Assembly: GCA_001687465.1 (NCBI GenBank)
Contig: LVLI01000214.1
Span: 1-64,000, forward strand
Length of the DNA stretch: 64,000 bases
Origin: Halocafeteria seosinensis
Lineage: Eukaryota
Reading direction: 5' to 3'
Both the position numbers and the translations under genes were made by a program. The notes beneath the pieces were generated by a model. It was given only the letters and a program-made list of their open reading frames with translations. It was not told the origin of the DNA and did not search any database. Numbering within the stretch: the stretch's first letter is position 1; each line of letters starts with the position of its first letter. Of this stretch, positions 1-12,032 are shown piece by piece.

Positions 1-500
1 GGGCCTGAGATGCTCGAGCCACCTTATACACGGCCTTTGTTATTGTTATTGTTCCTCGGGTGATCAGGTTCTGGGAACTTCTGGTCCTATGGTACTCTGA
101 CCCCTCATAAATTAGCCAGCGATGAGAAGGACAGGGACAACGTTGTACAGATGCTCGATACTGTAGGTGTGACACTGACAGGGACGAAAACGCAGAGAAC
201 CGTTGGGATCAATATGTGCAGTAAGGTTCTCCATTGAGCAAGCGTAAAACCTGTCTTAATTAAGGGAACTTGCTTTGAAACGCACCCTGCGTTTGTGTCA
301 CGCTGGCCAGCCTGGGGGAAGATCCCGGGCGGCGTGGTTGAAGTTACGGCCTCCTAAGTCGACTGACACCAATTCCGTTTTTACATTGAATGAATAGTGA
401 CTCCATAGTCTAGAAACGAGTTGATGCTAGTCGCAGTTTCTCAGTTGTGCGGTTTGCTCCCTGCTGTGCTGTGGTGGCAGAGTTTACAGATACATATACA

Positions 501-2973
501 ATGAGTTTACAGATTGCTCCCATCTTGGCGGCAATACCCGATTTACAATGCCTTGATGAAGACATGCATAGCTATTTGAGCTCGATGTTGGAGGAGACGC
601 TTAGTGAGTTTCTTGAAGAAAGTGGCAAAGCCAGTGCCGCTGATAATTTGTCGAACGATGTGGTTAAAGAAGCGATTTCTCCCTTTCTTGAATCCTCCGG
701 AGTTGACGGCGACGAACAGATTGACCGGATTTCGGGAAGTATTACAGCCGCTGTAAGAGACGCTTTTAAAAAGCCTACTTCCGCTCAGGCGATTCAGGAC
801 GGAAAAGGGAGGGCAGATGTGGGTAGAAAGGAAAATGGGCCCAGTCAGAAGAAGTTACAGCAGCCAGTTCGTCTGGGAGATAATTCACATCACACTCAGT
901 CCGAGATGGTGAACATTATGTGGGGTCGGGAAAACAATAAGTATGCCAACGCGAACAAAGATCTGGCTTTTAGCGAGAAAACCAAAATGCGAGATCAGAA
1001 ACGCCAAGACAAGAGCGCCAAGAAGGACGAGGCAGAGAAGAACGCCGAACTGCGAAAGGCTGGTTTGGATTCCTCAGGACAATCTGTTGCAAATGATTCT
1101 TCTGTTACAACCAGTGATGAAGCTACTAAGGAAGATGTTCCGACAGGAAAGAAAAGTACTGCTACAACAGGAAACGGTGATATTCATTTGAAAAATGTTA
1201 CCCTAGGGTTTGATGGCAGTCCTCTAATAGACAACGCCGAGCTTCGACTGGTTCGAGGGAGACGGTATGGGCTTGTAGGGCGAAATGGAATGGGGAAGAG
1301 TACCTTGTTGAAGGCGATGGCTCGCTTGGAACTACAGGGAATACCGTCTGACGCGAGAGTTGTTACAGTCCAACAGGAAATCGAGGGTGACGATAGAACG
1401 GCTCTTGAAGCCGTAATTGACGCAGATGTAAGAAGAAAGAGACTGATGGATCAAGAAAAACAGATTCTTGATAAAATGGAGGAGGCGAGTACAGAAGAGA
1501 GACGAAAAGAGTTGCAAGAACAGATGGAAAACACAACTTCTCAACTTGAAGCAATTGATGCCTTTGGAGCAGAGGCGAGGGCTGGTTCAATTTTGAGTGG
1601 ACTGCGATTTACCCAAAAAATGCAACACACCCCTACTAAACAATTATCGGGGGGATGGAGAATGCGTGTAGCGCTTGCATCTGCCTTGTTTGTTTGTCCT
1701 GACGTACTTGCGTTAGATGAACCGACCAATCACTTGGATTTCCCTAGTGTTCGCTGGCTTGAGCAGTCTCTGCAAGAGTACCCTTCGGACAGGATATTGA
1801 TGGTAGTGTCGCACGACCGAGAGTTTCTCAACACAGTGTCTACAGATATTATACACTTGCACCGACGGAAATTGCTTCAATACCGTGGGGACTACGATGC
1901 TTTCGAAAATACTCGAGCCGAGCGAGCCAAACATGCTCAGCGGGCGCAAGAACGGGTTGAAACCCAAAAGCAACACATGCAAGCGTTTATTGATAAATTT
2001 AGATACAATGCGAAGAGGGCTAGTTTAGTGCAGTCACGAATCAAGGTGTGTTTGTGAATTTGTCTACCTTGAAAATATTTAGGGAGGTAACATTGCTTTG
2101 TCTATATTTGCAGGCCGTTGAGAGGCTAGAGAACTCCGTCCAGGACGATAAAGAGGTACTAGCTGATACAACAGATTCTCTCGGCAGTGTCGTAAAGTTT
2201 AATTTTCCAGATCCTGGTCCGCTTTCTCCCCCCATTGTTGCAATAGACGATGTTGCATTTTCATATGACGAACGGAGTCCAAAGCCGCTTCTTCGCAATG
2301 TTAACTTTGGATTGGACATGAGCAGTAGAATAGGAATTCTCGGTACGATTTTCACCCTATTGGTTTAAAGATGTGGGCGTTGGACATCGCTTTCTTGGTT
2401 TTGAATGCAGGGCCTAATGGCGTTGGGAAAACTACCTTATTGAAGCTCATACTTGGCGAATTGGAACCACAAAAGGGATACATAAATCGAAATGGAAAAC
2501 TTCGAGTTGCCTACTTCACGCAACATCACCTTGCCCAATTAGACATGACAATGAGTCCCTTGAAGTTCATCCAACAGAAGTTCTCAGATGCTAAAGAGGA
2601 CGCTGCGCGTGCTCATTTAGGACGGTTTGGTCTGAGCGGAGACTTAGCTCTACAGCCCATTGGCACGTTAAGTGGAGGCCAGAAGAGCCGCGTGGCATTT
2701 GCAATGATATCCTGGAGAGCGCCCCATCTGCTCATTCTTGACGAACCCACAAACCATCTTGATTTAGAAACCATTGATGGACTTATCGTTGCTTTGTCTG
2801 AGTTTAGGGGCCCTGTCATTGTAGTGAGTCACGATAGACACTTTATAAAGTCGGTTGTGGAGGAAATTTGGGTTGTAGGAGATCCTCACGAAGGGGAAGT
2901 GACGAAGTTTAACGGAGAGCTCGAAGAATACTTGAAGGTAGCAAAAGCTGAAGACTTCAAACTTCGTGAATAA
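501..2973 (+). CDS. ABCF3: ABC-F family translation-associated ATPase (ABCF3/GCN20-like), 3 exons (501-2045, 2114-2342, 2411-2973)
   Basis: Two ABC cassettes with no TM segments: [23 protein letters not shown] and [23 protein letters not shown], with linker [20 protein letters not shown]. Two 68-nt GT-AG introns (2046-2113, 2343-2410) join the frames. Confidence 0.93.
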
Positions 2974-3195
2974 TGGGGTAGGTAATACACGATGGTGGCT
3001 CTGCAACGCCGGGAAGATGTGCATTTATCGAATCAATACACACTTTCAAAATTACACCTTGTGAAAGTGTGTGACTTCATTGTGAAGTCACTCCGCAACT
3101 ACCTCTATGAAGTGTTTTATTGGAGTTCCCGACTTCGCGTAGATAGGCATCAAAGAATGCATAAGGTACAGAATAGAGTGTGATATAGGGAAATC

Positions 3196-4257
3196 ATGTT
3201 TTTCGCTGAGATAGTGCCCGCGGAGTACGAGTCGAATCAGACGGACAACTTCTTCGTTCGTTTGACGCTTGAGTACACTGATGATAAGGCCAAGGAAGCG
3301 GCCGAACCAGAGCCAACTCGTAAGCAAAGTTCTTCATCTACTTCGGAGGCGGCGGCGAATAAGAAAAAAGCCTCTAATCGGCGAGCTCGGGAGAAGAAAC
3401 TGAAAAAGGTGCTCCAATCTTCAAGCGCAGAAAAAGCAGACCTATCTAAAGTAGAAGCCATCGAAGTACTTTGTTTGAGGAGATCTCCATCTTCACCTGA
3501 TTCCGAAAACGAAGTACGGTATCGCGCGTGGGAAGGGAAGATCCATCGCGAGGATCTAGAGACGTTACCCACGCAGAATTCCCAAGAGCCAGACGAGAGT
3601 GACCGCAAGAAGGGAGATGACCTACTTAGGCAAATACTGTTCGCATTCCTCCAAACTTCGAATTTCTCGATGGGAGAGGTACCTCTGAGAAGTGTTTATA
3701 ATGTGGGTATCTCTTTGCCCAGCGATGATGCAGCTGCCAGGATATCGGTAACTATCACGAAACAATCCGACTCCGACAGCACTGTGACGTATACACTTCA
3801 CCAACTAGACTTGAATCCTTCAAGCGTGTCGGTAACTGATCCAGTAACATCTATATTGCTTTCTGGTTTTCAGTCTATCGACCATATGGAGAATTGTGGG
3901 CGGCACTATCAAGACCTATCTGAAAAAGTGCAAAAACAGTTTGCGGAAGTTTCTGAAGTGGCCAACGACGCTGTACGCGCCAAGAACGAGTTCTACGAGG
4001 GAATTCTAACAAAAATGACTCTTTTGCTTAACGAGAAAAAGAAGGAAATTGCTCGCTTACGTGGAGAGAAGAAAAATGAAGCTCATGGTAATGAGGGTTC
4101 AGGGGAAACCTCTGAGGAAGAAGATCAGCAAGCAAGTGGCTCTGAGGGTGAAACTGCCGCAACTGCACCCCCGAGTAGTTCGAAAAGAGGTAGAATGGCG
4201 GCGGCAATCCAAGATGCGGATAGGAATAAATCATCAAAGAAGCGCACACGTAAATAA
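3196..4257 (+). CDS. XRCC4: XRCC4-like NHEJ DNA repair protein
   Basis: Beta-rich head (…AWEGKI…), a coiled coil ending in the XRCC4-type motif TKMTLLLNEKKKEIARL, then an acidic/basic disordered tail. Confidence 0.75.
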   Translation: MFFAEIVPAEYESNQTDNFFVRLTLEYTDDKAKEAAEPEPTRKQSSSSTSEAAANKKKASNRRAREKKLKKVLQSSSAEKADLSKVEAIEVLCLRRSPSSPDSENEVRYRAWEGKIHREDLETLPTQNSQEPDESDRKKGDDLLRQILFAFLQTSNFSMGEVPLRSVYNVGISLPSDDAAARISVTITKQSDSDSTVTYTLHQLDLNPSSVSVTDPVTSILLSGFQSIDHMENCGRHYQDLSEKVQKQFAEVSEVANDAVRAKNEFYEGILTKMTLLLNEKKKEIARLRGEKKNEAHGNEGSGETSEEEDQQASGSEGETAATAPPSSSKRGRMAAAIQDADRNKSSKKRTRK

Positions 4258-4521
4258 TGGGCGGCGGCAACATCGTGAATGATGAAGAGTTCCGATTTAG
4301 TGACCAGAGCCCTGCATAGTACGAACCCGATGGAATGCATACATATTCTAAGTGTCGCTTTTAATTTCCACAAAAGCTGTAACATGACGTAGCCGTTTCT
4401 AGAAACTTCAGCGTTCACATTGTGTGTGTGTTCACATAGTATGCGATCTCCAGGGACAGCACTGGATTCCTCATATTCAACAGTATTGACGTTTCAAAAG
4501 ACTCGTGATCTTGTGGGGAGT

Positions 4522-4749
4522 GACGGCAAACTTAGATGCGGATGAAAATAAATCATTGAAGAAGCACACACGTGCATAATGGGTGGCGACAACATCGCTG
4601 ATGATGAAGAGTTTCGATTTAGTAGAGGTCATCACCTCAGCTTGTAAAATACGAACTCGATGGCGTGCATGCATATCTAAGTGTTACTCTTATACATTTC
4701 CATGGCAGCTGACCCTAAGGCAACGTATAGTAGTCTTTTTCCTAGAAAC
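4522..4749 (+). repeat. Diverged direct duplicate of the XRCC4-like 3' end and 3'UTR (source about 4201-4406)
   Basis: Colinear blocks are shared: agatgcgga…aataaatcat…gaagc-cacacgt…ataatggg…caacatcg…atgatgaagagtt…cgatttagt…acgaac-cgatgg…ctaagtgt…ctagaaac. Confidence 0.85.
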
Positions 4750-5040
4750 ATGACAAGCGATCCGTATTGGACCTACGATACGCGTGTACGGCCATGTGGT
4801 AAACCGGTTAACACAGGGTTAACACATATGCAATGAGCTAGATTTCATGAATTGCGGTTGTAGACAAATTGTCGGCCCCGCTACTGTGGTCTCTCCTCAT
4901 AGCCACCCGCAGGCGGCAGGCCTACTGAGTACGAGAAATGCAATCGGTGTGTTGCAACGTTTCCCTGGATAGCATTGTGTGAACTTCGTGGGATCCTTTA
5001 ACATACATGGTACTGTCAAGAGCAACGTTCAGCAACCGCA

Positions 5041-5315
5041 AAAATTGGTGTCCGAAGATCACACCATTCCGTCCTGATAATTTCACCATGTGTGGTACGT
5101 CGCCGTTAATATCAGGAAGCATCTAGGCCATTATGTCCTTCATTGGTACCAGATAGTCCCGATTGTGCTGCCCTTTCGAAAAAATTGGTGTCCGAAGATC
5201 ACACCATTCCGTCCTGATAATATCACCATGTGTGGTACGTCGCCGTTAATATCAGGTAGCATCTAGACCATTATGTCCTTCACTGGTACCAGACAGTCCC
5301 GATTGTGCTGCCCTT
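5041..5315. repeat. Near-perfect tandem duplication, 140-bp period (5041-5175, 5181-5315)
   Basis: Both copies begin aaaattggtgtccgaagatcacacc and end gtcccgattgtgctgccctt, with only a few substitutions. Confidence 0.95.
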
Positions 5316-5386
5316 CCTGCCACGCTCCCAGGCTGACGAGTATGACAGGAGTCGTCTATCGCAGTTGGGTAAACCGAAATGAGACC

Positions 5387-6529
5387 TCATCTGCGTCTCT
5401 GATGGGATGACGTTGGTGTTGTATGGCCCTCACTACACAAAGTTTGTTCCGGTCGGGGACAGAACTCAGTTTTTGCCTTAGAAGCCTCTTCCGCGAGCAG
5501 CAGGACGGTCTCCTTGTTGGATGCCCAGTCGTGAAATAGCTCCCAACGCTCCAGCACGCTATGTAAGATATACGTATCTTTCTGCTTGAGATTCTTGTGT
5601 ACGGTGCGAGGGTATCTCACATTGAAACCCAAAGGAAGTGGGTCGAACCTGAGAACTTGTTGCAAAAACCACTGGTCACCCGTACCACGTTTCCTCGTCG
5701 GGAGTGTCCAATTACCAAGTAGGTACTGTTTCATCAAAAAACCGTAAGTTGCCAATTTTGGTTTGATAAGCATGACACCCGTGTTGATCAAATAGTCATT
5801 CCAGCGAATATGAATCGCGGCCTGGCCGTGCCACAGAGGCAGCTGAAACACGTCCTCGAGACATTTGACAGGCCAAGCGTCCAGATCTAGGAATAGTACC
5901 CGATCGTAAGAGGTGAGTGACCAGACAATTAGTTTTGAAAAATGATTGGAATTAAATTTGGCCGCATTGGATGGCCGCGGGTCTAGATGAGGCAAAACAC
6001 GAATACGTTTCGTTAATGCGCCTTTTTCATGAATGCTGAGCTCAGTTGCAAGACTGACGGAATTGTCGAGCAGCACAATCATAGGTGATTGTCTTCCACA
6101 GATTTCGAAAGCACAAAGAAAGCTCCATAAATTTCTTTCGGATAGCTGCTTATCCCAGGCCACTTTATCTTCGCTGTTCTCGTAGTAATACGTGACGTAG
6201 GCGAACCTTCTCGTATTCACTCTGCAACACCAGGCATTCCGCAAGCATTGAGTGTTCTCTGTTCGGACCCTGTTGGACTCACCTACTGCGTGATGATGTA
6301 GTCTGCTTTATCACTTTTTCGGCTGTTGCCAATGTTATATTCCTGCAAAGCGGCTTCAAGATAGGTGTGCAGTATCAGGAGTTTCGAACGACACTCACTT
6401 TGGGGAAAATCCTCGCTCATTAGCTTGCGGTAAATTCATTGTGTTTCTTGACTGCTCCCAGAGTATTCCAAGTAACACGCCTAAACTGAGTAGTACTGTG
6501 CAAACTAAGGTCTCTGACACAGAGATCAT
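5387..6529 (-). CDS. Glycosyltransferase family 8-like (glycogenin/PGSIP-like) type II membrane protein, 3 exons (6529-6399, 6342-6283, 6221-5387)
   Basis: SKLIVWSLTSYDRVLFLDLD, INTGVMLIKP, GDQWFL and YILH motifs. An N-terminal TM (LVCTVLLSLGVLLGILW) is recovered through two in-phase GT-AG introns. Confidence 0.85.
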
Positions 6530-6935
6530 TGTTCCCGGAAGGCTTATTAGGGTTTAGGCCGCATCACATGAGCTGTCCGCAAAACGTTGTGGGCAACTCA
6601 AAATGTTTATTTATGCCCACTTGGCTGAATGTGCACCTTACGCACGCCCAGGAGGTGAGATCTGCCACACAAGACGGTAGACTTCCTTCTATAAATAGTC
6701 TCACAATTCATGCTCGTTTGAAAGGTGTTTCTCGCTCATGAATTGCCCGGGCCCCAGAGTCCGGACGAATCTTCACACGTGCGACACTGTCACATGTAAT
6801 GTGAATGCCCGAGACATCAAATGCACTACTTGTAGTATTGAGGCTACAAAAACACTCACTCGCATGGTCGAAGGAAAACAAGTGAGTGTGATTGAACATA
6901 CACAGGGAGTCAACCAAGGGTGCCGTGTAGCGAAA

Positions 6936-8039
6936 ATGAGTTTCTGCTTGGACTTTCTGCGTAATAGAGATCAGGTTTTTATCATACTATGTGGACTTTT
7001 ACTATTCGGCGGGGGCATGATGACTCATATGGTGATCGAAAGGGCCCAGCAAAGCAATGTTTTTATGCCGAATTACTTACAGAGCCGTGGAGTTGCTGCT
7101 ACACAAATTCGACCCCGAGCAGTGCACTTGAATAGGCAAAGCAATGCTACTAGAGGTGAGGAACGTGCAGTCGGTTATAATTTTAGAGATCCCCATAGGC
7201 CTTTGCCCCCGAGAGAAGGCAGCAACAACAACACTCCTGATAATTCGGAAGCAAAGGGTCACTCCGGGAAGCCCCCAGCACGTAAGGTGTCTGTTATGAA
7301 TTTCGACAACACTCCAAGTTTGGAAAACTCAGTCCTTCAAATACTCTGTGACGAATTCAAAGATGCTGTTGGAGATTTTGAGGTCGGTCGGTCTAACCAC
7401 CCTCTTGTTGTCATCGTTGGAGAAGATGCAGCAGCAACTAAATCGATTGCACAAGCATTGACCGAATTTGGCTTAATTGTCGGTCATCACGGTAATCTTC
7501 TGTGCCATGAGAAGTGTCCGCTAAAAGTTGGAGAGTTATGGAGTGCGTTGTACGCGGAAATGACTCAAAAGGTTATCCCAGACGTCAAGAGTATACCATT
7601 GATTCGGTTCGAAGCTGTGGATGCCGTAGCAGCCCAATTTGTGGATGAGCTTCTTCCCCTTTTCATGACGGCATTTCCAAAGGCAAGAGTGATATTTGCT
7701 TCCGGAGACTTGCATATGATTTCTCACGGGAAACGCTTCGCCGTCGATCCCGGCACCCCAGTCCCTTTCTCTACATTGCTGCTACCTCTCTCTAGTTTTG
7801 AAGGGAGAGTAGGTGGCTTGCAACATTCCTTGTTGGCACGCTCTACGGGAGCCGCTATCAGTGGGATAATGCTTGCACTCCGAAATGTCGTGTCAATCTG
7901 TGCATCCCAAGGAAGGAGAATTCTGCCGGTTGAGTCTGATAGAATTTGTGATGAAGCAACGTTTTGGAGCGATCTTGCTGCCTTTCTCAACAGCGAAGAC
8001 ATCCCGACTGGTCACATTCCCGGATGTAAGACTGCTTAG
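6936..8039 (+). CDS. Type II membrane protein with a degenerate sulfotransferase-like (P-loop fold) domain
   Basis: TM segment (VFIILCGLLLFGGGMM), a stalk, then VVIVGEDAAATKSIAQALTEFGLIVGH and DAVAAQFVDELL…AFPKARVIF, which resemble Sulfotransfer_4-type spacing. The start codon is uncertain (ORF open from 6738). Confidence 0.5.
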   Translation: MSFCLDFLRNRDQVFIILCGLLLFGGGMMTHMVIERAQQSNVFMPNYLQSRGVAATQIRPRAVHLNRQSNATRGEERAVGYNFRDPHRPLPPREGSNNNTPDNSEAKGHSGKPPARKVSVMNFDNTPSLENSVLQILCDEFKDAVGDFEVGRSNHPLVVIVGEDAAATKSIAQALTEFGLIVGHHGNLLCHEKCPLKVGELWSALYAEMTQKVIPDVKSIPLIRFEAVDAVAAQFVDELLPLFMTAFPKARVIFASGDLHMISHGKRFAVDPGTPVPFSTLLLPLSSFEGRVGGLQHSLLARSTGAAISGIMLALRNVVSICASQGRRILPVESDRICDEATFWSDLAAFLNSEDIPTGHIPGCKTA

Positions 8040-8946
8040 AGAATTAATATGCGTCGATAATCGAATCGGTAACTGCTTGTTCTTCCATACTCTGAATTTA
8101 ATATGGGGTAGTAGTAATGTGTATTATTTATGGGGATAACAATAACTTCTGAAGAATTGCAGGGAACCAACAGCTGCCACTTCCTTCCTCAATAGGGCCG
8201 TTCACAATAGACGTTTATTCGCCTGCCAATGTCACCAAGATATGGAAGATGTAGAACTTGTTTTCTTGGAGTATCAAGGCAGGAGCAGTGCGACGATGAC
8301 GTGCGGCACGGTGCGGAGTGTGACAATTCGTCAAGTCTAGATCCATTCGTCACCACACACAGATACCCAGGATGTCGTAAATGCCGCCATTATGCTCCCA
8401 ATTCCGTGAACTCCAACAATACCATTGGAAATCGAACAAACGCGTATTAGGAATGTGGCATCGAGTGTATGAAAATGACGAGGGGTTAGAGGCTTCAGAA
8501 TTCCGATATCCTCGTATGGAACTGCAGCTGCTCCTGCCCCTTGCTTGCGCAGAGTCATCTGTTAAAATAGGGACTAAACATTTTCCTCGCTCATACCGAT
8601 TGGCATAACTCCTAATAAATCGTGCATTTTGTTATAAACCGTGCAATTTGATCTATAATAGTTGGCTTGTAGTTGGTTCCACGCTCAAGGGCCCGTTCCG
8701 ATATGTGTTCCAGGCTGAGAATTTCCAGTATTTTGTGTATACACACAAATATGCCATCGTTCTTGAGATGAGTCACTCCAAGTCGAGTATGTATCAGTGT
8801 TGCTGCCAACTTGCTGGGCACTTCGTCCTCCAATACCGCATCGGCTCGCATTGTTAGTCGATAATACTGTAAGAGAATAGCATCACTTTGCATAATTCTA
8901 TAAATACCGTGCTCTCCCTGGTGCTTCTTCCTTGCTTAGTACCAGT

Positions 8947-11367
8947 ATGCACAAACTCAGTCTTTGCTTGAGCATACAGCTACTATCTTTTGGGGTTGCG
9001 TTAAGTTGGCTCCACCTTAACCAAAGGCTACAGGAGCAACCAGTGCTTCCAACAGCTAATACTTTCCAAGAGAAAAATGTCAACAAGTATGTAAGAACAC
9101 GTCGTTTGCCTCATGTACAAGAAGCTATTACTAGAGCCATTGCTCGGAGGCGTGAAGGCTTGACGCGGCTATCAGGAGAATCAGGTCCAAGGACCTGGTC
9201 TAGCAAAGACGTTGATACAGCCATGTCACAGTTTGAAAACGATGCCAACAGTATGCACAACCCTGCTCACTCACGTACCGAGGACTTCGGGGAACATCGA
9301 AATCAATCTCCGTTGGTGGCACGTATTGGAAACGACGCCACCTCAACACGGTCAGAGGGTTCGAGAACGAATGAAACAGAATCTACTTCCACGTCCCGTG
9401 AGGTAGATAGCCCGGTCTACGCGACGACTCTTAGTGGACCAACGAAAGGAAGTGTCGAAACCAATGGTGCTCCCTTTGTCTCCAGGTCGACAAACAGCAA
9501 ACCGACTTCTCAGGACCTAGTTGAGTCTTCCGCTCGCACTGACGATACTTTACGTCACGAGAGGGACGTTCCGGCAACATCAATAGCAAGAACCAATAGA
9601 ATGAACCCGCGTGTTGTGTCTCTCGAACAAAGTCATGTCGGAGGCAACATGAACCCCATTAACCCTTGGTCCGATTCTAGCAAGGTCGATGTGCCAAGTA
9701 ACTCACGAATTGGAAGGCCGAGTGAATCTAAGAACGAGGAACCTCGTGCATGGAGGGGTGACAGGTTGAAAGAAGACACTTCAGGTCGCAGCAGTTACCC
9801 TCCCAGACAGCTTCCGAAGTCCAAAAGTCCGTTTCGTAAGTCCTCCGGTAAAGCAAGCTTTGCCCGTGGCAATGCGGTGAATTCTTTCGCTGAAACAAGT
9901 GTAAGCGATGCAATCACTTCTCTTGGGCTTAGGGCACGAACAAGAACCAACATGGAGGGTGCAATGCAGTCTCTTTACGGAAGAAAACCGACTCGGTTGT
10001 CACGCACGAAGATCGTTTCAGCGGACAACAAAGTTACGAAAGGAGCTCTAGCAAACACGATTAGATCACCAGAACATGTCTCTGTTGAATCAAGTAGAGA
10101 AAGCCGTTTAGATCAGTCGTCTCAGTTGTCTCATGCGGAGAGTGCTCGAGAGAATAGGATCAGTCCTGCAAATCAGCTCGATACAACCTCAACGAAAAAT
10201 AGGGGGATCATCCTTCGCGCATGGTCCGGCGCAAACGTTGCTGATAGTCGCCCTGGGGCTGACTTGCCGAATGGCAAGCTCGACAGGGAAGAGGAAGAGG
10301 AACCGGGCAAATTCGGGGATAGTGAATCGCATGCTACCAAAATAGTCAATTCTCGTAACATACCCGAGACTGACACGATGATCAAACGAAAGGTTGCCAG
10401 TGGTCAGTCCCTCAGAACAAATACTAGTACTGATCGAGGCGTAACCGGCGATACGAGCCAAACAACAACATTCGCCGAGGAAAGATCCTCTAGATCCAAC
10501 AGCATCATTAACAGGATACACTTGCTGGCAATGGTTTCATTGGAGTTCGATGGAGACATGTTGGAGCCATTCATATCCTATTACAAAGATGTTTTGAGGA
10601 TACCGCCCTCCAATTTCCATGTATTCTTACAATACGATCCCAGGAGCCAGGTTACCAAGTTTCGGTACTACAAGAAACTCCTTACGGAGAGGGCGATCGT
10701 CCCCATTTCCTACGAGTACAAGTATACCTCACCATCTCGTTTGAAATTTTATTACTCACTATTGGATAAACTTGGCCCAGATGAATGGATATTACCGGCA
10801 GATGTGGATGAGTTCCACGCGTTCCCTCCTATCGCCAATGCAAACCAAACATCAACCGTCGACGAACTCAGTGAGCACCATAAATTAATTAGTTTAATCA
10901 GGACGATGACAGACGGTCAATACACATTCTATCAAACGATATGGGAAGATCGCATTGCAGCAGGGCAGGAGCTTCTAAATGCGTTGCCAGGATCTAGTAC
11001 GGCAGCTCTGTTTGCGAGGTTTCCTTGCCACATGCCACGAGATGGATTAAAGGGATATGACTTCAAGGTTGCATTATATCGTAGCCATCTCCGTCCAACT
11101 AGTGGAGGACACCACAAGGTAACCTACAAAGGAGGAAAACCGATGCTCCGACTGGGACGCCGTCTTAAGAAGTACCCTGTAGAAGGAATAACATTTCATT
11201 TCAAATGGAGGGCTTCTGTCAAAAACAAACTGCGAGAACGTAGGAACATTTACAAGGATCTTGGTCTCAGTTGGTGGAGGGAAAGTGATATAGCGTTAAA
11301 CGTTTTGCAGAAGTCTCGAACTACTCGAGCCTGCGCACCTCCCCAATTCAGACCCGCAGAAATATGA
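8947..11367 (+). CDS. Membrane-anchored protein with a long Ser/Thr/Arg-rich stalk and a C-terminal GT2-like (GT-A) glycosyltransferase domain
   Basis: N-terminal hydrophobic anchor, about 480 aa of low-complexity stalk, then MLEPFISYY…EWILPADVDEFHAFP (DxD)…GGHH…HFKW. Confidence 0.75.
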   Translation: MHKLSLCLSIQLLSFGVALSWLHLNQRLQEQPVLPTANTFQEKNVNKYVRTRRLPHVQEAITRAIARRREGLTRLSGESGPRTWSSKDVDTAMSQFENDANSMHNPAHSRTEDFGEHRNQSPLVARIGNDATSTRSEGSRTNETESTSTSREVDSPVYATTLSGPTKGSVETNGAPFVSRSTNSKPTSQDLVESSARTDDTLRHERDVPATSIARTNRMNPRVVSLEQSHVGGNMNPINPWSDSSKVDVPSNSRIGRPSESKNEEPRAWRGDRLKEDTSGRSSYPPRQLPKSKSPFRKSSGKASFARGNAVNSFAETSVSDAITSLGLRARTRTNMEGAMQSLYGRKPTRLSRTKIVSADNKVTKGALANTIRSPEHVSVESSRESRLDQSSQLSHAESARENRISPANQLDTTSTKNRGIILRAWSGANVADSRPGADLPNGKLDREEEEEPGKFGDSESHATKIVNSRNIPETDTMIKRKVASGQSLRTNTSTDRGVTGDTSQTTTFAEERSSRSNSIINRIHLLAMVSLEFDGDMLEPFISYYKDVLRIPPSNFHVFLQYDPRSQVTKFRYYKKLLTERAIVPISYEYKYTSPSRLKFYYSLLDKLGPDEWILPADVDEFHAFPPIANANQTSTVDELSEHHKLISLIRTMTDGQYTFYQTIWEDRIAAGQELLNALPGSSTAALFARFPCHMPRDGLKGYDFKVALYRSHLRPTSGGHHKVTYKGGKPMLRLGRRLKKYPVEGITFHFKWRASVKNKLRERRNIYKDLGLSWWRESDIALNVLQKSRTTRACAPPQFRPAEI

Positions 11368-12032
11368 GANGTATGAGGAGAATCGTCACTGCACTTCGCG
11401 ACGCAATTTTACCGGCGCGCAAAATTGTCGGGTGGTGTTACATTGTTACTGTGGCTGTAGAGTTCTGTAACCAGCCGTATAGTGGTCGATCCGCCTGTCG
11501 CGAAAGGGATAAAATATTGTAGACAGCTTTACCGGTTCCTCAGTTGTCGCACCGCGTTCGTACTGTGAACATGGTGTTTATTCAAGAGGAAGCTCGACAT
11601 ACCGTGGGAGCTGCTTCGAAGTAGCTGCCGCTATCGACGCATAACTCATCAGACACCATCTACCTATACTAGCGTATATGGATCTGTTTGGGCAGTTGAG
11701 CAAGGCTGTACACATACGAGGTCAGGCAGCCAATTTGACCTAGGAGAACCAAACATACTCTCCCTGAATCCACTCAGTACTGTGCTAAGCAATATACGAG
11801 TGCGCCTTGAACTATTAGTAGCTGCATAACACAATTAGTAAAGATGAAGACTGTCAGTGCAACGTGTTAAGGACATGTCTCCCTTCTGTGAGCCAGCTTG
11901 CTGGACGAAATTCCGGTGAATTATGCACACTGTATTACACAGTCTAATAGAATATAAGTTGATAATCGACCACATCGCAATTTCGAAGCAACATTTGTAT
12001 TTATTGATGTACTGACCCCAAGTCGAAGCACC

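Noticed and set aside
447..500. ORF-track N-terminal extensions from GTG/TTG starts
   Set aside because: These are eukaryotic genes, so the first suitable ATG (e.g. 501, 8947, 17608) was used.
8150..8900. Broken ORF-like sequence between the sulfotransferase-like and GT2-like genes
   Set aside because: It may be a decayed gene, but no family could be recognised.
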